A DNA stretch of 64,000 bases from Hyphomonadaceae bacterium (GCA_033764855.1 JANRIP010000005.1:102240-166239); one strand, 5' to 3'; shown: positions 27,082 to 37,691, counted from the first letter of the stretch. Notes: generated by a model not told the origin, from the sequence alone. Made by a program: numbers and translations.

Positions 27082-28266
27082 TTGTTCGATATGACGCCAA
27101 CCGCCCCTGTCAGCCTTGACGCCATTATCCGGCAGCTTGAAAGCGCCATCGCCGGCGCGCTGATGCTGAACCCTGAGCAAGCGGCGCTGCGCGCTGGGAT
27201 CAGCTTCCTGATCGTTGGCGGCGCAGCGATTTTGATGACCATTATTCGCTTGGCGTTGCGCGCCGTGGTTTCGCGCGTGACGCCGGAGGACGAGCAGCAG
27301 AGCAAAAAGCGCGACGCCAGCCGCAAGGTTGGCGGGCTGGCCTTGGCTTTGGTTCGTCTCGCCATTGTGGTGGGCGCGATCTACTTCTTGCTGCGCGTTT
27401 GGGGCCTGGATTTCGGGCTGTTCACGGGCGGCGCGGTCGGGGCCGCGCTCGCGGGCATTGGCCGCGCACTGCTCATCATCATTATCGCCATTGCGGCGGT
27501 GGAGGTTTCCGGCTTCGCCATCTTGCGCAGCCTGCACCGTGTCGCGCGCTCGGCGCGCGATCCGCGCCGGGCGGCGCAAGTGCGTACGCTGGCGCCGGTG
27601 CTGCGCGGGGCGGTGCAGACCATTATCGTGGTGCTGGCGGCGATGATGTTTCTGTCGCAGCTCGGCGTTGAGGTTGGCCCGCTTGTGGCTGGCGCCGGTA
27701 TTGTCGGGCTTGCTGTCGGCTTCGGCGCGCAAACCATCGTCAAAGACTTTCTCACCGGTATCTTTCTCATTGTCGAAGACATCGTCTCGATCGGCGATGT
27801 GGTGCAGATCGGCGAGTTTGGCGGCGTCGTTGAGGAGATGTCGCTGCGCACCATCAGGCTGCGCGACTTTGACGGTACGCTGCACATTTTCCCGTACAGC
27901 GAAGCGCAAGTGATCCATAATCGGACCAAGACGTTTTCGTACGCCGTGTTCGATCTCTCAGTCGATTATTCCGCCGACATTCCGCGCGCCATTGAGGTGA
28001 TGAAGGAAACCGGCGCCGAACTGCGCGCCGACAGTGAGTTCGCGCCGCTGCTGCTCGACAGCATCGAGGTTGTCGGCGTCGATAAGCTGGCCGATTCCGC
28101 GGTCGTGCTCAAGGCGCGGATCAAGACGCTCCCGGGCAAGCAATGGACCGTGAAGCGCGAATATTTGAAGCGCGTCAAAGCGGCGTTCGACGCGGCGGGC
28201 GTCATCATCCCGTTCCCCACGCTGAAGCTGATCCCCGCGGACGGCCCGGTGCGCGAGGAAGGCTGA
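27082..28266 (+). CDS. mechanosensitive ion channel (MscS family)
   Basis: Several TM helices, then the MscS beta domain (DFLTGIFLIVEDIVSIGDVV...G.VEE...R.T.LR...G). TTG start with GGAGA 7 nt upstream; alternative ATG at 27091. Confidence 0.85.
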   Translation: MFDMTPTAPVSLDAIIRQLESAIAGALMLNPEQAALRAGISFLIVGGAAILMTIIRLALRAVVSRVTPEDEQQSKKRDASRKVGGLALALVRLAIVVGAIYFLLRVWGLDFGLFTGGAVGAALAGIGRALLIIIIAIAAVEVSGFAILRSLHRVARSARDPRRAAQVRTLAPVLRGAVQTIIVVLAAMMFLSQLGVEVGPLVAGAGIVGLAVGFGAQTIVKDFLTGIFLIVEDIVSIGDVVQIGEFGGVVEEMSLRTIRLRDFDGTLHIFPYSEAQVIHNRTKTFSYAVFDLSVDYSADIPRAIEVMKETGAELRADSEFAPLLLDSIEVVGVDKLADSAVVLKARIKTLPGKQWTVKREYLKRVKAAFDAAGVIIPFPTLKLIPADGPVREEG

Positions 28267-28304
28267 AGGCCCAAGTTTGCCAAGCGCCGCGCTTGGGTTT
28301 ACAT

Positions 28305-28402
28305 GATCGGCACCCGGGGAGCCGCGCCGAAGCGGCTGAGATTGGGCTGACGCCCTGACCCGTTGAACCTGATCCGGGTCATGCCGGCGAAGGGAGAGAC
28401 CC
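28305..28402 (+). promoter_or_regulatory. TPP (THI-box) riboswitch
   Basis: Conserved elements ggggagc...gctgaga...ccctgacccgttgaacctgatccgggtcatgccggcgaaggga directly upstream of thiC. Boundaries approximate. Confidence 0.85.
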
Positions 28403-28482
28403 ATGACGCCAGCCAACACCAATTGCGCGCGCCGCGGCCAGACCGCCGCTTCCGCGCGCGCATCTCGTCCCATCCAGGATAA

Positions 28483-30387
<1,905 letters not shown>

Positions 30388-30418
30388 AATCGGGCATGCA
30401 GGTTGCCCTTATTGGGAG

Positions 30419-31354
30419 ATGGCTAATTTGCCGGAGGTGCAAAAAGTAGAGAACTTGGCAGACTTGGCTCCGCCAGAGTGGAAAGATTCAGCGTCTGGAT
30501 TCAATTATGCGCGGTTTCGCTTTTTTCCGTCGGGTATTGCTGTCGACTCCGCCGAGGTGGAGGTACTGAAGTCCCTCTTTCCGCTTTTGGGTTTGATTTC
30601 CACCCACCCAGTCCGCTTTACACTTGTGAAAACTGACGACGGGACCAAATTTCGAGCGGTTTCGACGCAAATATGCCACCGCGACGGCCAGCGTCATGTG
30701 CTGACAGAATTTGGCGAAAAGGAAATTCCAAGCGGGGCCTATTTGGTGGTGTTTAGCCCGGTCCCGATTTTACCAGATAGTCGATCCAACGACGGAAAAG
30801 CGGAGCAGGCCATTAGCGTCTGCCGCGGCCTCGCAACAGCCGCACTCGGCCATACGGCAGCGGAAAAGGCGATCTACACTTGCGACTCTTACTTACGCGA
30901 GGTTCGCACGACTATCTCCGCCGACACGATCGAGAATTTCATAAGCGTAGAGCGCTACTGCTACCTTGATACCGAGACGCTGCGAGATATCTCGACCGCG
31001 ATGCGCACGCACCTTAAACCGGATGTCAGAGAGCGGTTTGAAACTGCTTTGATGCTTCTTGGCAGCGCAACAGCCGTAATCGACTCAACCATACGCCTGA
31101 TGCATACGTGGATCGCGTTAGAAGTTGCATCGGGCTCTCGTGGGAAAGCTGAAGAGGCGGTAAAGCTCACAACGAGCGGCGACGGGACACCATACCAACG
31201 CATCAAAGATGCTCGCGACGACCTGTTTCACAGGGGCAAGCGGCCAACGCTTTCAAGCAGTGATGAGCGGATTGTGCACGCCGCTCTGATCAACGTCTTG
31301 CTCGGCTACTACCGCAAGCAAACCAAAACAGTTGGCTCGATCTCAGAGACGTAG
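30419..31354 (+). CDS. hypothetical protein with C-terminal HEPN-like motif
   Basis: 311-aa ORF in a visibly AT-richer segment, with no family I recognise. The C-terminal helical region contains WIALEVASG...RIKDARDDLFHRG (Rx4H). GGGAG abuts the ATG, so the exact start is uncertain. Confidence 0.6.
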   Translation: MANLPEVQKVENLADLAPPEWKDSASGFNYARFRFFPSGIAVDSAEVEVLKSLFPLLGLISTHPVRFTLVKTDDGTKFRAVSTQICHRDGQRHVLTEFGEKEIPSGAYLVVFSPVPILPDSRSNDGKAEQAISVCRGLATAALGHTAAEKAIYTCDSYLREVRTTISADTIENFISVERYCYLDTETLRDISTAMRTHLKPDVRERFETALMLLGSATAVIDSTIRLMHTWIALEVASGSRGKAEEAVKLTTSGDGTPYQRIKDARDDLFHRGKRPTLSSSDERIVHAALINVLLGYYRKQTKTVGSISET

Positions 31355-31356
31355 CT

Positions 31357-31516
31357 CCCTTCTCCCCTTGAGGGGAGAAGGTGGCCCGGAGGGCCGGATG
31401 AGGGGATCACGGTGGTCGCGGAATGGGGCGACGTCACCAGCGCTAAAGTTGGAAACAAAGAACTGCCCCTCATCCGTCGGCTTCGCCGACACCTTCTCCC
31501 CTCAAGGGGAGAAGGG
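31357..31516. repeat. family-C composite palindromic element (C1)
   Basis: Terminal hairpins cccttctcccc-ttga-ggggagaagg and ccttctcccc-tcaa-ggggagaaggg, with internal IR atgagggg / cccctcat. Begins 3 bp after the stop of the preceding gene. Confidence 0.85.
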
Positions 31517-31572
31517 TTGGACCGGCGCTCACCCGGCGCTGCGCGCCACCCTCTCCCCTCAAAGGGAGAGGG
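31517..31572. repeat. family-C half element
   Basis: ctcacccggcgctgcgcgccaccctctcccc-tcaaa-gggagaggg resembles the right half of C elements. Confidence 0.6.
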
Positions 31573-31588
31573 ACAATAAGCTGGAAGC

Positions 31589-31939
31589 ATGAAGCGCAAT
31601 CCGGACAGCGTCCGTCGCGCGCGTGAGAGCCGCGCGGAGATGACCAATGCGGAGACCAAGCTTTGGTCGCTGCTTCGGGATCGTCGGCTGATCAGCCGCA
31701 AATTCCGCCGCCAGCACACGATTGGAATTTACGTTGTCGACTTCGCCTGCCCGGCGCTCCATCTCGTGATTGAGGTGGATGGGCCGTCGCACGACGCGGA
31801 AGACCAGAAGGTGTTTGACGCGCAGCGTACCGAATACCTCCAACGCGAAGGCTGGCGCGTGATCCGGTTCAAGAATGACGAAGTGTATCAGTCGTTCGGA
31901 TACGTGCAGGAGCGCATCATAGCCGAATGCGGCGAGTGA
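31589..31939 (+). CDS. DUF559 (Vsr-like endonuclease fold) protein
   Basis: 116 aa with MTNAETKLWSLLR...FRRQH.IG.YVVDFACP...LVIEVDG.SH...D..R...L...GWRVIRF.N.EV, typical of DUF559. Confidence 0.85.
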   Translation: MKRNPDSVRRARESRAEMTNAETKLWSLLRDRRLISRKFRRQHTIGIYVVDFACPALHLVIEVDGPSHDAEDQKVFDAQRTEYLQREGWRVIRFKNDEVYQSFGYVQERIIAECGE

Positions 31940-31946
31940 TAAGCAT

Positions 31947-32100
31947 CCCCTCTCCCCTTGAGGGGAGAGGGTGGCGCGAAGCGCCGGGTGAGGGGCTGAC
32001 GGTGTCGGCAGAATAAAGCTCGATCTCGTTCGCTTGGCGCCAGATACGCGCCCCTCATCCGCCCGCTTCGCGGGCACCTTCTCCCCTCAAGGGGAGAAGG
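31947..32100. repeat. family-C composite palindromic element (C2)
   Basis: cccctctcccc-ttga-ggggagaggg ... gtgagggg / cccctcat ... ccttctcccc-tcaa-ggggagaagg. Starts 8 bp after the DUF559 stop. Confidence 0.85.
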
Positions 32101-32254
32101 AAAAAGCATAGCGTGACACCCACCAACCCCGCTCCAAGCGCGGATACACCCCGCCCTATCCCGCAACCTCCCGCGCCAAACCCCAGCAGAATCCGCCCAC
32201 CCGCGCCAATCTATCCGACTGGCCCCGCGCCCAGCGCACACTCAGCGCTCCCAC

Positions 32255-32767
32255 ATGCACACGCCCCGCACCCACCGTCCCAAACCAAAGCCCGCCCGGA
32301 TCACATGCAGACTCGCACCCTGGGCGCGGCTTTGGCTTTCGTGCATTGCGGCGCTCCTCTCCACCGCCGCCTGCGTGCTGCCGCCCGCGCTGCAACGGCG
32401 CCTGCCCGTGCTCGATCTGCCGCTCAAAGTGCTGGGCCGGCACGTCGCGCGGCTCATCCTCTTATGCGCGTATGAGCGCGCCGCGCTGCCGACAAGCGAG
32501 CGCGCCCTAGAAAGCCTGCGCGCAGCGGGCGCGATGAGCGCGCTGTTGCGCACCGGCGTGCAGCGCCATCTCGTCAACGCTGACGGCGCGTTCGACCTCG
32601 CCGCCATCGCGCGCACCTGCGCCAATCCCGAGCCGGCAATTGCCGACATGGCCGCCGCGCTCGAACGCGGCCTCACCCGCCGCAATCCGATCCTGCCGCG
32701 CGCCGCGTGCGAACCTCTGCGCACGCTTGCGCCGCGTGCGCTCGCGCATGCGTGCGATACGTCCTGA
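32255..32767 (+). CDS. hypothetical protein (possible lipoprotein)
   Basis: Third-position G/C bias favours this frame over the Arg/Ser-rich antisense ORF. It has a hydrophobic segment WLSCIAALLSTAAC, no recognisable family and an uncertain start. Lies between C2 and C3. Confidence 0.35.
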   Translation: MHTPRTHRPKPKPARITCRLAPWARLWLSCIAALLSTAACVLPPALQRRLPVLDLPLKVLGRHVARLILLCAYERAALPTSERALESLRAAGAMSALLRTGVQRHLVNADGAFDLAAIARTCANPEPAIADMAAALERGLTRRNPILPRAACEPLRTLAPRALAHACDTS

Positions 32768-32838
32768 CGGCAATCGACAATCGACAATCATATCCACGCC
32801 GAGTCCCACGACTCCGGCGGCGCTCGCGTGTGCCTCAA

Positions 32839-32962
32839 CCCCCTTCTCCCTCGCGGAGAAGGGGGCAGGGGGATGAGGGGCGTTCAATCAAGCCGGCGCC
32901 TGCGTGTTTCCCTCGCCCCTCACCCCGCCGCTACGCGGCGACCCTCTCCGCAAGGGAGAGGG
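32839..32962. repeat. family-C composite palindromic element (C3, diverged)
   Basis: cccccttctccc-tcgc-ggagaaggggg ... gatgagggg / cccctcac ... ccctctcc-gcaa-gggagaggg. Abuts the 3' end of the ABC ATPase gene. Confidence 0.75.
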
Positions 32963-32973
32963 TTGAGCCGGAG

Positions 32974-33738
32974 CTACTCGAACGTCGCCACAAACGCCCC
33001 ATCCAAGTCCCTCACGCGCGCGCGGCGGCCATAGGCGGCTTGCAGCGTCTCTTCCGTCAGCGCTGCGCGCGGGGCGCCTTGGGCGATGACGCAACCTTCG
33101 CGCAGCAGCACGATGCGATCGGCGGCGCGGGCGGCGAGTGCAACGTCGTGCGTTGAAAAGAGCGCGCCGCCGCCCCGGCCCGCATGCGCCCGCACTATGT
33201 CGGCGACGCCCAGCGCTTGGGCGGGATCGAGCCCCGCTGTGGGTTCATCCAGCAGCAAGAGCGGCGCGGCTTGCGCCAGCGCGCGAGCCAAATGCGCGCG
33301 CGCTTTCTCGCCGCCGGAAATTTCGTCCATGCGCCGCGCGCGCAAGGCGGTGAGATCGCAGGCGTCGATGGCGGAATCGACAGCGGCGCGGTCGGTCATG
33401 CTGAGCGTATCGGGCGCGGCGCCATAAGCGTAGCGCCCAAGCGCGACCAGACGCTCCACGCTCACCGGCCAGATCGATTGCGGGCGCTGCGGCAGATAAG
33501 CGGCGCGCAAGGCGCGTTCGCGCGCTGAGAGTTCGCGCGGATTTCTCTGCAACAATTTCGCCTCGCCGCTCGAAGCGATCAGCCCGAGCGATGCGCGAAT
33601 AAGTGAGGTTTTGCCCGCACCGTTCGGCCCTAGCAACGCCACCACTTCGCCGGGCGCGATGGTGAGCGAAACAGAGTCCACCACGCGCGCGCCGCGCAGC
33701 GTGACGCTGAGATTGGTGAGCTCGAGCAGCGCGCTCAT
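32974..33738 (-). CDS. ABC transporter ATP-binding protein (FecE/BtuD type)
   Basis: Walker A GPNGAGKTS, signature ISGGEKAR, Walker B LLLLDEP. Last gene of a riboswitch-controlled operon. Confidence 0.9.
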   Translation of the reverse strand: MSALLELTNLSVTLRGARVVDSVSLTIAPGEVVALLGPNGAGKTSLIRASLGLIASSGEAKLLQRNPRELSARERALRAAYLPQRPQSIWPVSVERLVALGRYAYGAAPDTLSMTDRAAVDSAIDACDLTALRARRMDEISGGEKARAHLARALAQAAPLLLLDEPTAGLDPAQALGVADIVRAHAGRGGGALFSTHDVALAARAADRIVLLREGCVIAQGAPRAALTEETLQAAYGRRARVRDLDGAFVATFE

Positions 33739-34691
33739 GCTTCGCCTCCGCGCGAAGCCAGGCGCGCGGCGATCAGCGCAAACACCGGCCCGCCAATCAA
33801 AGCGGCGGCGACGCCGAGTTTCAGCTCCGTATCCGTAGGCAACACGCGCACCAGCAGGTCAGCCAGCGCCAGCATGGCCCCGCCCGCCAGCGCGCTCGGC
33901 AACAAGATGCGCGCCGGATCGTGGCCGGCGAACACGCGCACCAGATGCGGCGCCGCGATGCCGACAAAGCCGATCACGCCGGCCACCGCCGTCGCTCCGC
34001 CCACGCAAGCGGCGGCGCCGAACACGACCAGCCAGCGCGTGTGCGAAAGCTCTGCACCAATGGCGGCGGCTGCCTCTTCGCCCAAAGTCAACGCCTGCAA
34101 GCCGCGCGCGGCGGCAAGGATTAGAGCCGCGCCAAGCAATAGCAGCGCGCCAACCAAGGCCGCATCTTCCAGCGAACGCCCTTCGACGGAGCCGAGCGTC
34201 CAGTTCACTAGATCCGCCAGCGCGCCGGGATTGGGCGCGAGGTTCAAGGTCAGTGCGATCAGGCCGCCAGCGCTGGAGGAAAGTCCCACGCCAATCAGCA
34301 CCAGGCTCGCCGGTCCGCGCGCAGCCGCGCCGAGCACAGTGATGAGCAGCGAAGCGCCGAGCGCGAACAGCACCGCCATGAGCGGCGCGAAGCTCGCAAA
34401 GCCAAACGCGAACGCGAGCACGGCGCCAAGCGCCGCAAAGCCAGAAAGGCCAAGCACGCCGGAATCCGCGAGCGGATTGCGCAGCAGACCTTGCAAAGCC
34501 GCGCCGGAGAGGCCGAGCGCTGCGCCGACCAGCCAAGCGGTGAGCACGCGCGGGAAGCGGATTTCCCAGACGATGGCGTGCGTCATCGCATCATTGTGCA
34601 GCGGATTGACCGAAACGGGGCCAAGCCAAAGCGACGCCGCAATCGCGCCGAGGCTCAGTAGTGCGAGCGTAAGAGTAAGCCGCCAGCTCAT
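33735..34691 (-). CDS. FecCD/BtuC family ABC permease
   Basis: Start trimmed to MSWRLTLTLALLSLG (ATG 34689-34691), giving ATGA overlap with the upstream gene. Typical FecCD sequence (RFPRVL, LSGAALQGLLRNPLAD, IGFVGI.APH). Confidence 0.85.
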   Translation of the reverse strand: MSWRLTLTLALLSLGAIAASLWLGPVSVNPLHNDAMTHAIVWEIRFPRVLTAWLVGAALGLSGAALQGLLRNPLADSGVLGLSGFAALGAVLAFAFGFASFAPLMAVLFALGASLLITVLGAAARGPASLVLIGVGLSSSAGGLIALTLNLAPNPGALADLVNWTLGSVEGRSLEDAALVGALLLLGAALILAAARGLQALTLGEEAAAAIGAELSHTRWLVVFGAAACVGGATAVAGVIGFVGIAAPHLVRVFAGHDPARILLPSALAGGAMLALADLLVRVLPTDTELKLGVAAALIGGPVFALIAARLASRGGEA

Positions 34692-35497
34692 GGCGCCAGC
34701 AGTGCAGCTTGCACCGCTTCGGCTGCGTCGATAGCGAACCAAGCTTCGCAGGATATGGCCCCGGCCGGCAACGCCAAGGTGCGCGCGTTCGCCAGCGCTC
34801 GGCGCACCACCGGATGGCGCGAGGGCGACCATGCATCCATGCGCGTGCGGCCGGTGCCGAAGAAGCCGGTGGCGATCAGGGCGGGCGGGGTTGTGACAAG
34901 GCGCTCGAGCGGCAGCACGGTCCAGCTCGCGCCGCTCCATGAATTGCGCCCGCCCGCTTGCACGATCACATCGTGCATCAGCACGCCGGAGCCTGCGACG
35001 GCGCCCGCTGAAGAGAGATACATCACCGCCGGGCGCTCTGCAGGTGCGCGCGCGTGCAAGCGCGCGAGGCGGAGGTCGAGGTCAGCGGCTAGCGCGGCGC
35101 CGCGTTCGGCCTGACCGATGGCGGCGGCGGCGTGCAACAGGTCAGCGCGCGCGGCGGCGAAGCTGGGGGCATCGCCGACTTGCAGCACCGGCACGCCAAA
35201 GCGGCCATAGACTTCGGCCGCATCCCACGGCCCGCCCCAATTGCGCACGATCAGGTCAGGGCGAAGCGCCAGCACATCCTCCAGCGAGCCGCGCGTTTGG
35301 CGGATGCCGACAGCGCGATCGCGGAAATAAGAGTCATCACGCTGCGCGCCGATAGAGAGCGCGGCAATCTGCGCGCGATCGGCCAAAGCGAGCACAAATT
35401 GGTCTGCGCAATAATCCAGCGACACGATGCGCTGGGGCGCCGCTTCGGCGCGCGATGCAAACAGAAGCGCCAGAGCGCAAACGAGAAACCGGCCCAC
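34688..35497 (-). CDS. periplasmic substrate-binding protein (BtuF/cluster A type)
   Basis: 269 aa with signal peptide, RIVSLDYCADQFVLAL and PDLIV motifs. GTG start with GGAGGA upstream. First gene after the cobalamin riboswitch. Confidence 0.8.
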   Translation of the reverse strand: MGRFLVCALALLFASRAEAAPQRIVSLDYCADQFVLALADRAQIAALSIGAQRDDSYFRDRAVGIRQTRGSLEDVLALRPDLIVRNWGGPWDAAEVYGRFGVPVLQVGDAPSFAAARADLLHAAAAIGQAERGAALAADLDLRLARLHARAPAERPAVMYLSSAGAVAGSGVLMHDVIVQAGGRNSWSGASWTVLPLERLVTTPPALIATGFFGTGRTRMDAWSPSRHPVVRRALANARTLALPAGAISCEAWFAIDAAEAVQAALLAP

Positions 35498-35524
35498 TTA
35501 TCCTCCAGCGGTCCCATCCCGGAC

Positions 35525-35700
35525 CCAAGGATCGTTTGCCGGCAGGTCTTCTGGCTTCGCGGGTCAGCGCTTTGATCCGCCTTCCCGGATTGCTCCAGTG
35601 GCTGGTTGGATCAGAGCTCGCCGCTTACAGCTGCGGGCGCAGCCGCGGAATTGCACCGCGTTCCCTCGTGCTCCTTACGGAGACCGACATGGGCTCTCTT
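35525..35700 (-). promoter_or_regulatory. cobalamin riboswitch
   Basis: The minus strand reads ...agggaacgcggtgcaattccgcggctg...gccactgg (B12 box, plus-strand ccagtggc at 35595-35602)...gggaaggc...agaagacctgccggc. Boundaries approximate. Confidence 0.85.
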
Positions 35701-35735
35701 AAAGGCGCGGCGGCGGCGGCGCAATCGAACGCGCC

Positions 35736-36092
35736 CTAAAGGATTTCGCGCACGCGCTCTTTCGGCCGGGCCAGCAGCGCGCCTTTGGCGCTGACGACGA
35801 AGGGACGCTCGACCAGGACCGGATGCTCGATCATGGCCTCGATCAGCTTGGCGTCGCTGATTTTGGAATCGAGCAAGCCTAGCTCCTCGGCCTCTTTGGC
35901 CCTGTTGCGCAGCGCTTGGCGCGCGGTGAGGCCGGCGTCGGCGAACAGCTTTTTGAGCTGCGGCTTGGTCCATCCGGCCTTGAGATACTCGACCACGACA
36001 GGCTTAGCCCCGCTGGCCACGATCAGCTCCAGCACTTGGCGGGAGGTGGAGCATTTCGGGTTGTGATAGATGGTGACGCTCTTAGCCATCAC
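35736..36092 (-). CDS. ArsC/Spx family protein (arsenate reductase-like, YffB type)
   Basis: 118 aa with IYHNPKCSTSR motif. Start directly abuts the stop of the upstream GS-like gene. Confidence 0.8.
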   Translation of the reverse strand: MMAKSVTIYHNPKCSTSRQVLELIVASGAKPVVVEYLKAGWTKPQLKKLFADAGLTARQALRNRAKEAEELGLLDSKISDAKLIEAMIEHPVLVERPFVVSAKGALLARPKERVREIL

Positions 36093-37445
36093 TCACACCT
36101 TCAAGAGCAGATGGTCCCGTTCCCATGACGAGATCACGCCTTCGAACGCGTTCAGCTCGTGCGCTTTGATGCGCTGGAACGCGTCGCAAAAATGTGCGCC
36201 TAAAAGATCGATGACAGGCTGGCATTCCTTGAAGCGGCCCAGAGCCTCATCGAGGGTGCGCGGCAAAGTGCGCGCCCATTTATAGGCGCTGCCTTGCACC
36301 ATTTCCTTCGGCTCAATCTTATCGCGAATGCCGATATAACCGCAGATCAACATGGCGGAAATGGCGAGATAGGGATTCGCGTCAGCGCCCGGCAAACGGT
36401 TTTCGATGCGCCGATTGGTCGCGTCCGAAATCGGCACACGCAGACCGCAGGAGCGGTTATCGTAACCCCATTGCAGATTGATCGGCGCGGACCAATCCGG
36501 ACGCATGCGCCGGAACGAATTGACGTTCGGCGCAAAGAGCGGCGCGACCTCGCCCAGATATTCCTGCAGACCGCCGACAAAGTGGCGAAACATCTCGGAA
36601 TTGTCGCCATTATCGGTGGCGAACAGATTGGCGCCCTTCTTGTCGACGACCGAGGCGTGCAGGTGCATTGCGCTGCCCGGCTGGTGCTCCATCGGCTTGG
36701 CCATGAATGTCGCATAGACGCCGTGCTTCAGCGCCACCTGACGCACGATGCGCTTGAACACCAGAACTTGGTCCGAAACGTGGACCGGATCGCCATGGTT
36801 GAAATTGATCTCGAGCTGCGCGGCGCCGCTCTCGTGAATCATGGTGTCGAGATGAAGCGAGGCCGCCTCGGCGTGCTCATAAATCGTCTCGATCAGATCT
36901 TCGTATTCCGTAATGGCTTCGAGACCATAAGGCTGGGGCGAAGTTTCGTGCCGGCCTGAGCGGCCTTTCGGCGGCTCGAGCGGAAGGTCTGGATCGGTGT
37001 TGACCTGAGTGAGATAGAATTCCAGCTCTGGCGCAACGACCGGCCGCAATCCTTCCTTCTGATAAAGCTCCACCACGCGCTTCAACACATAACGCGGCGC
37101 GACGTCGAACGGTTCGCCGCTGGTATGGTATGCGTCGGCGAACACAAACGCTGTCGGCGTTTTGTAGCCTGGGGCGACGCAGATGGTTTGAAGGTCCGGG
37201 CGCAGCACAACATCGGGATCCGACATCGCGATGGCTTCGTCCGCATCGTCGGAATATTCGCCTGTGACTGTCAGCGAGTAAATGCTGGACGGAATCCGCA
37301 GACTCCCATCGCGCTCGCTCTGCAGGAATTTTTGCGCTGGGAAGACCTTGCCACGCACGACACCGTTAAGGTCAGGGACGAGACATTCGACCTCGCCAAT
37401 GCCGCGCTCGTTAATCCAACTCGCAAAAGATTTCACTTCAGACAT
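36093..37445 (-). CDS. glutamine synthetase family protein (gamma-glutamyl-polyamine synthetase-like)
   Basis: Type I GS catalytic-domain motifs (KPMEHQPGSAMHLHASV, NSFRR, DNRSCGLRV, ENRLPGADANPYL). ATG at 37443-37445 preferred over the GTG at 37454. Confidence 0.88.
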   Translation of the reverse strand: MSEVKSFASWINERGIGEVECLVPDLNGVVRGKVFPAQKFLQSERDGSLRIPSSIYSLTVTGEYSDDADEAIAMSDPDVVLRPDLQTICVAPGYKTPTAFVFADAYHTSGEPFDVAPRYVLKRVVELYQKEGLRPVVAPELEFYLTQVNTDPDLPLEPPKGRSGRHETSPQPYGLEAITEYEDLIETIYEHAEAASLHLDTMIHESGAAQLEINFNHGDPVHVSDQVLVFKRIVRQVALKHGVYATFMAKPMEHQPGSAMHLHASVVDKKGANLFATDNGDNSEMFRHFVGGLQEYLGEVAPLFAPNVNSFRRMRPDWSAPINLQWGYDNRSCGLRVPISDATNRRIENRLPGADANPYLAISAMLICGYIGIRDKIEPKEMVQGSAYKWARTLPRTLDEALGRFKECQPVIDLLGAHFCDAFQRIKAHELNAFEGVISSWERDHLLLKV

Positions 37446-37691
37446 GCAACACACAATTTGAAATGGCGCGCGCGATTGCGCGCCGCGATGACGCGCAAAT
37501 CCGGTTCGAAACAGCTTTCAAACGAGTGCGGGGGGCCGAAGAAAAGCCGCCGCGCGCATCTCCCCTTAGAAAAGGGAAGCGGGAGCGCATGGATCACCTA
37601 ATGCGCCAATATGGGCGGGCCGCTTGCGGCAAGTCAAGCCGAAGCGTTGCGCGATTGAGCGCGTTCCCTCACGTTTTCCGCGAATTTACCC

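Noticed and set aside
28270-28299. Short hairpin ccaagcg-ccg-cgcttgg followed by gttt after the MscS gene
   Set aside because: It is plausible as a weak terminator, but the stem is only 7 bp with a 3-nt loop and a short T tail, and it sits at the edge of the TPP riboswitch. This is not strong enough to list as a feature.
32242-32787. 181-aa minus-strand ORF between repeat elements C2 and C3
   Set aside because: It has Arg/Ser/Ala-rich antisense-type composition. The plus-strand frame 32255..32767 has the better third-position G/C bias, so the minus ORF is treated as its shadow.
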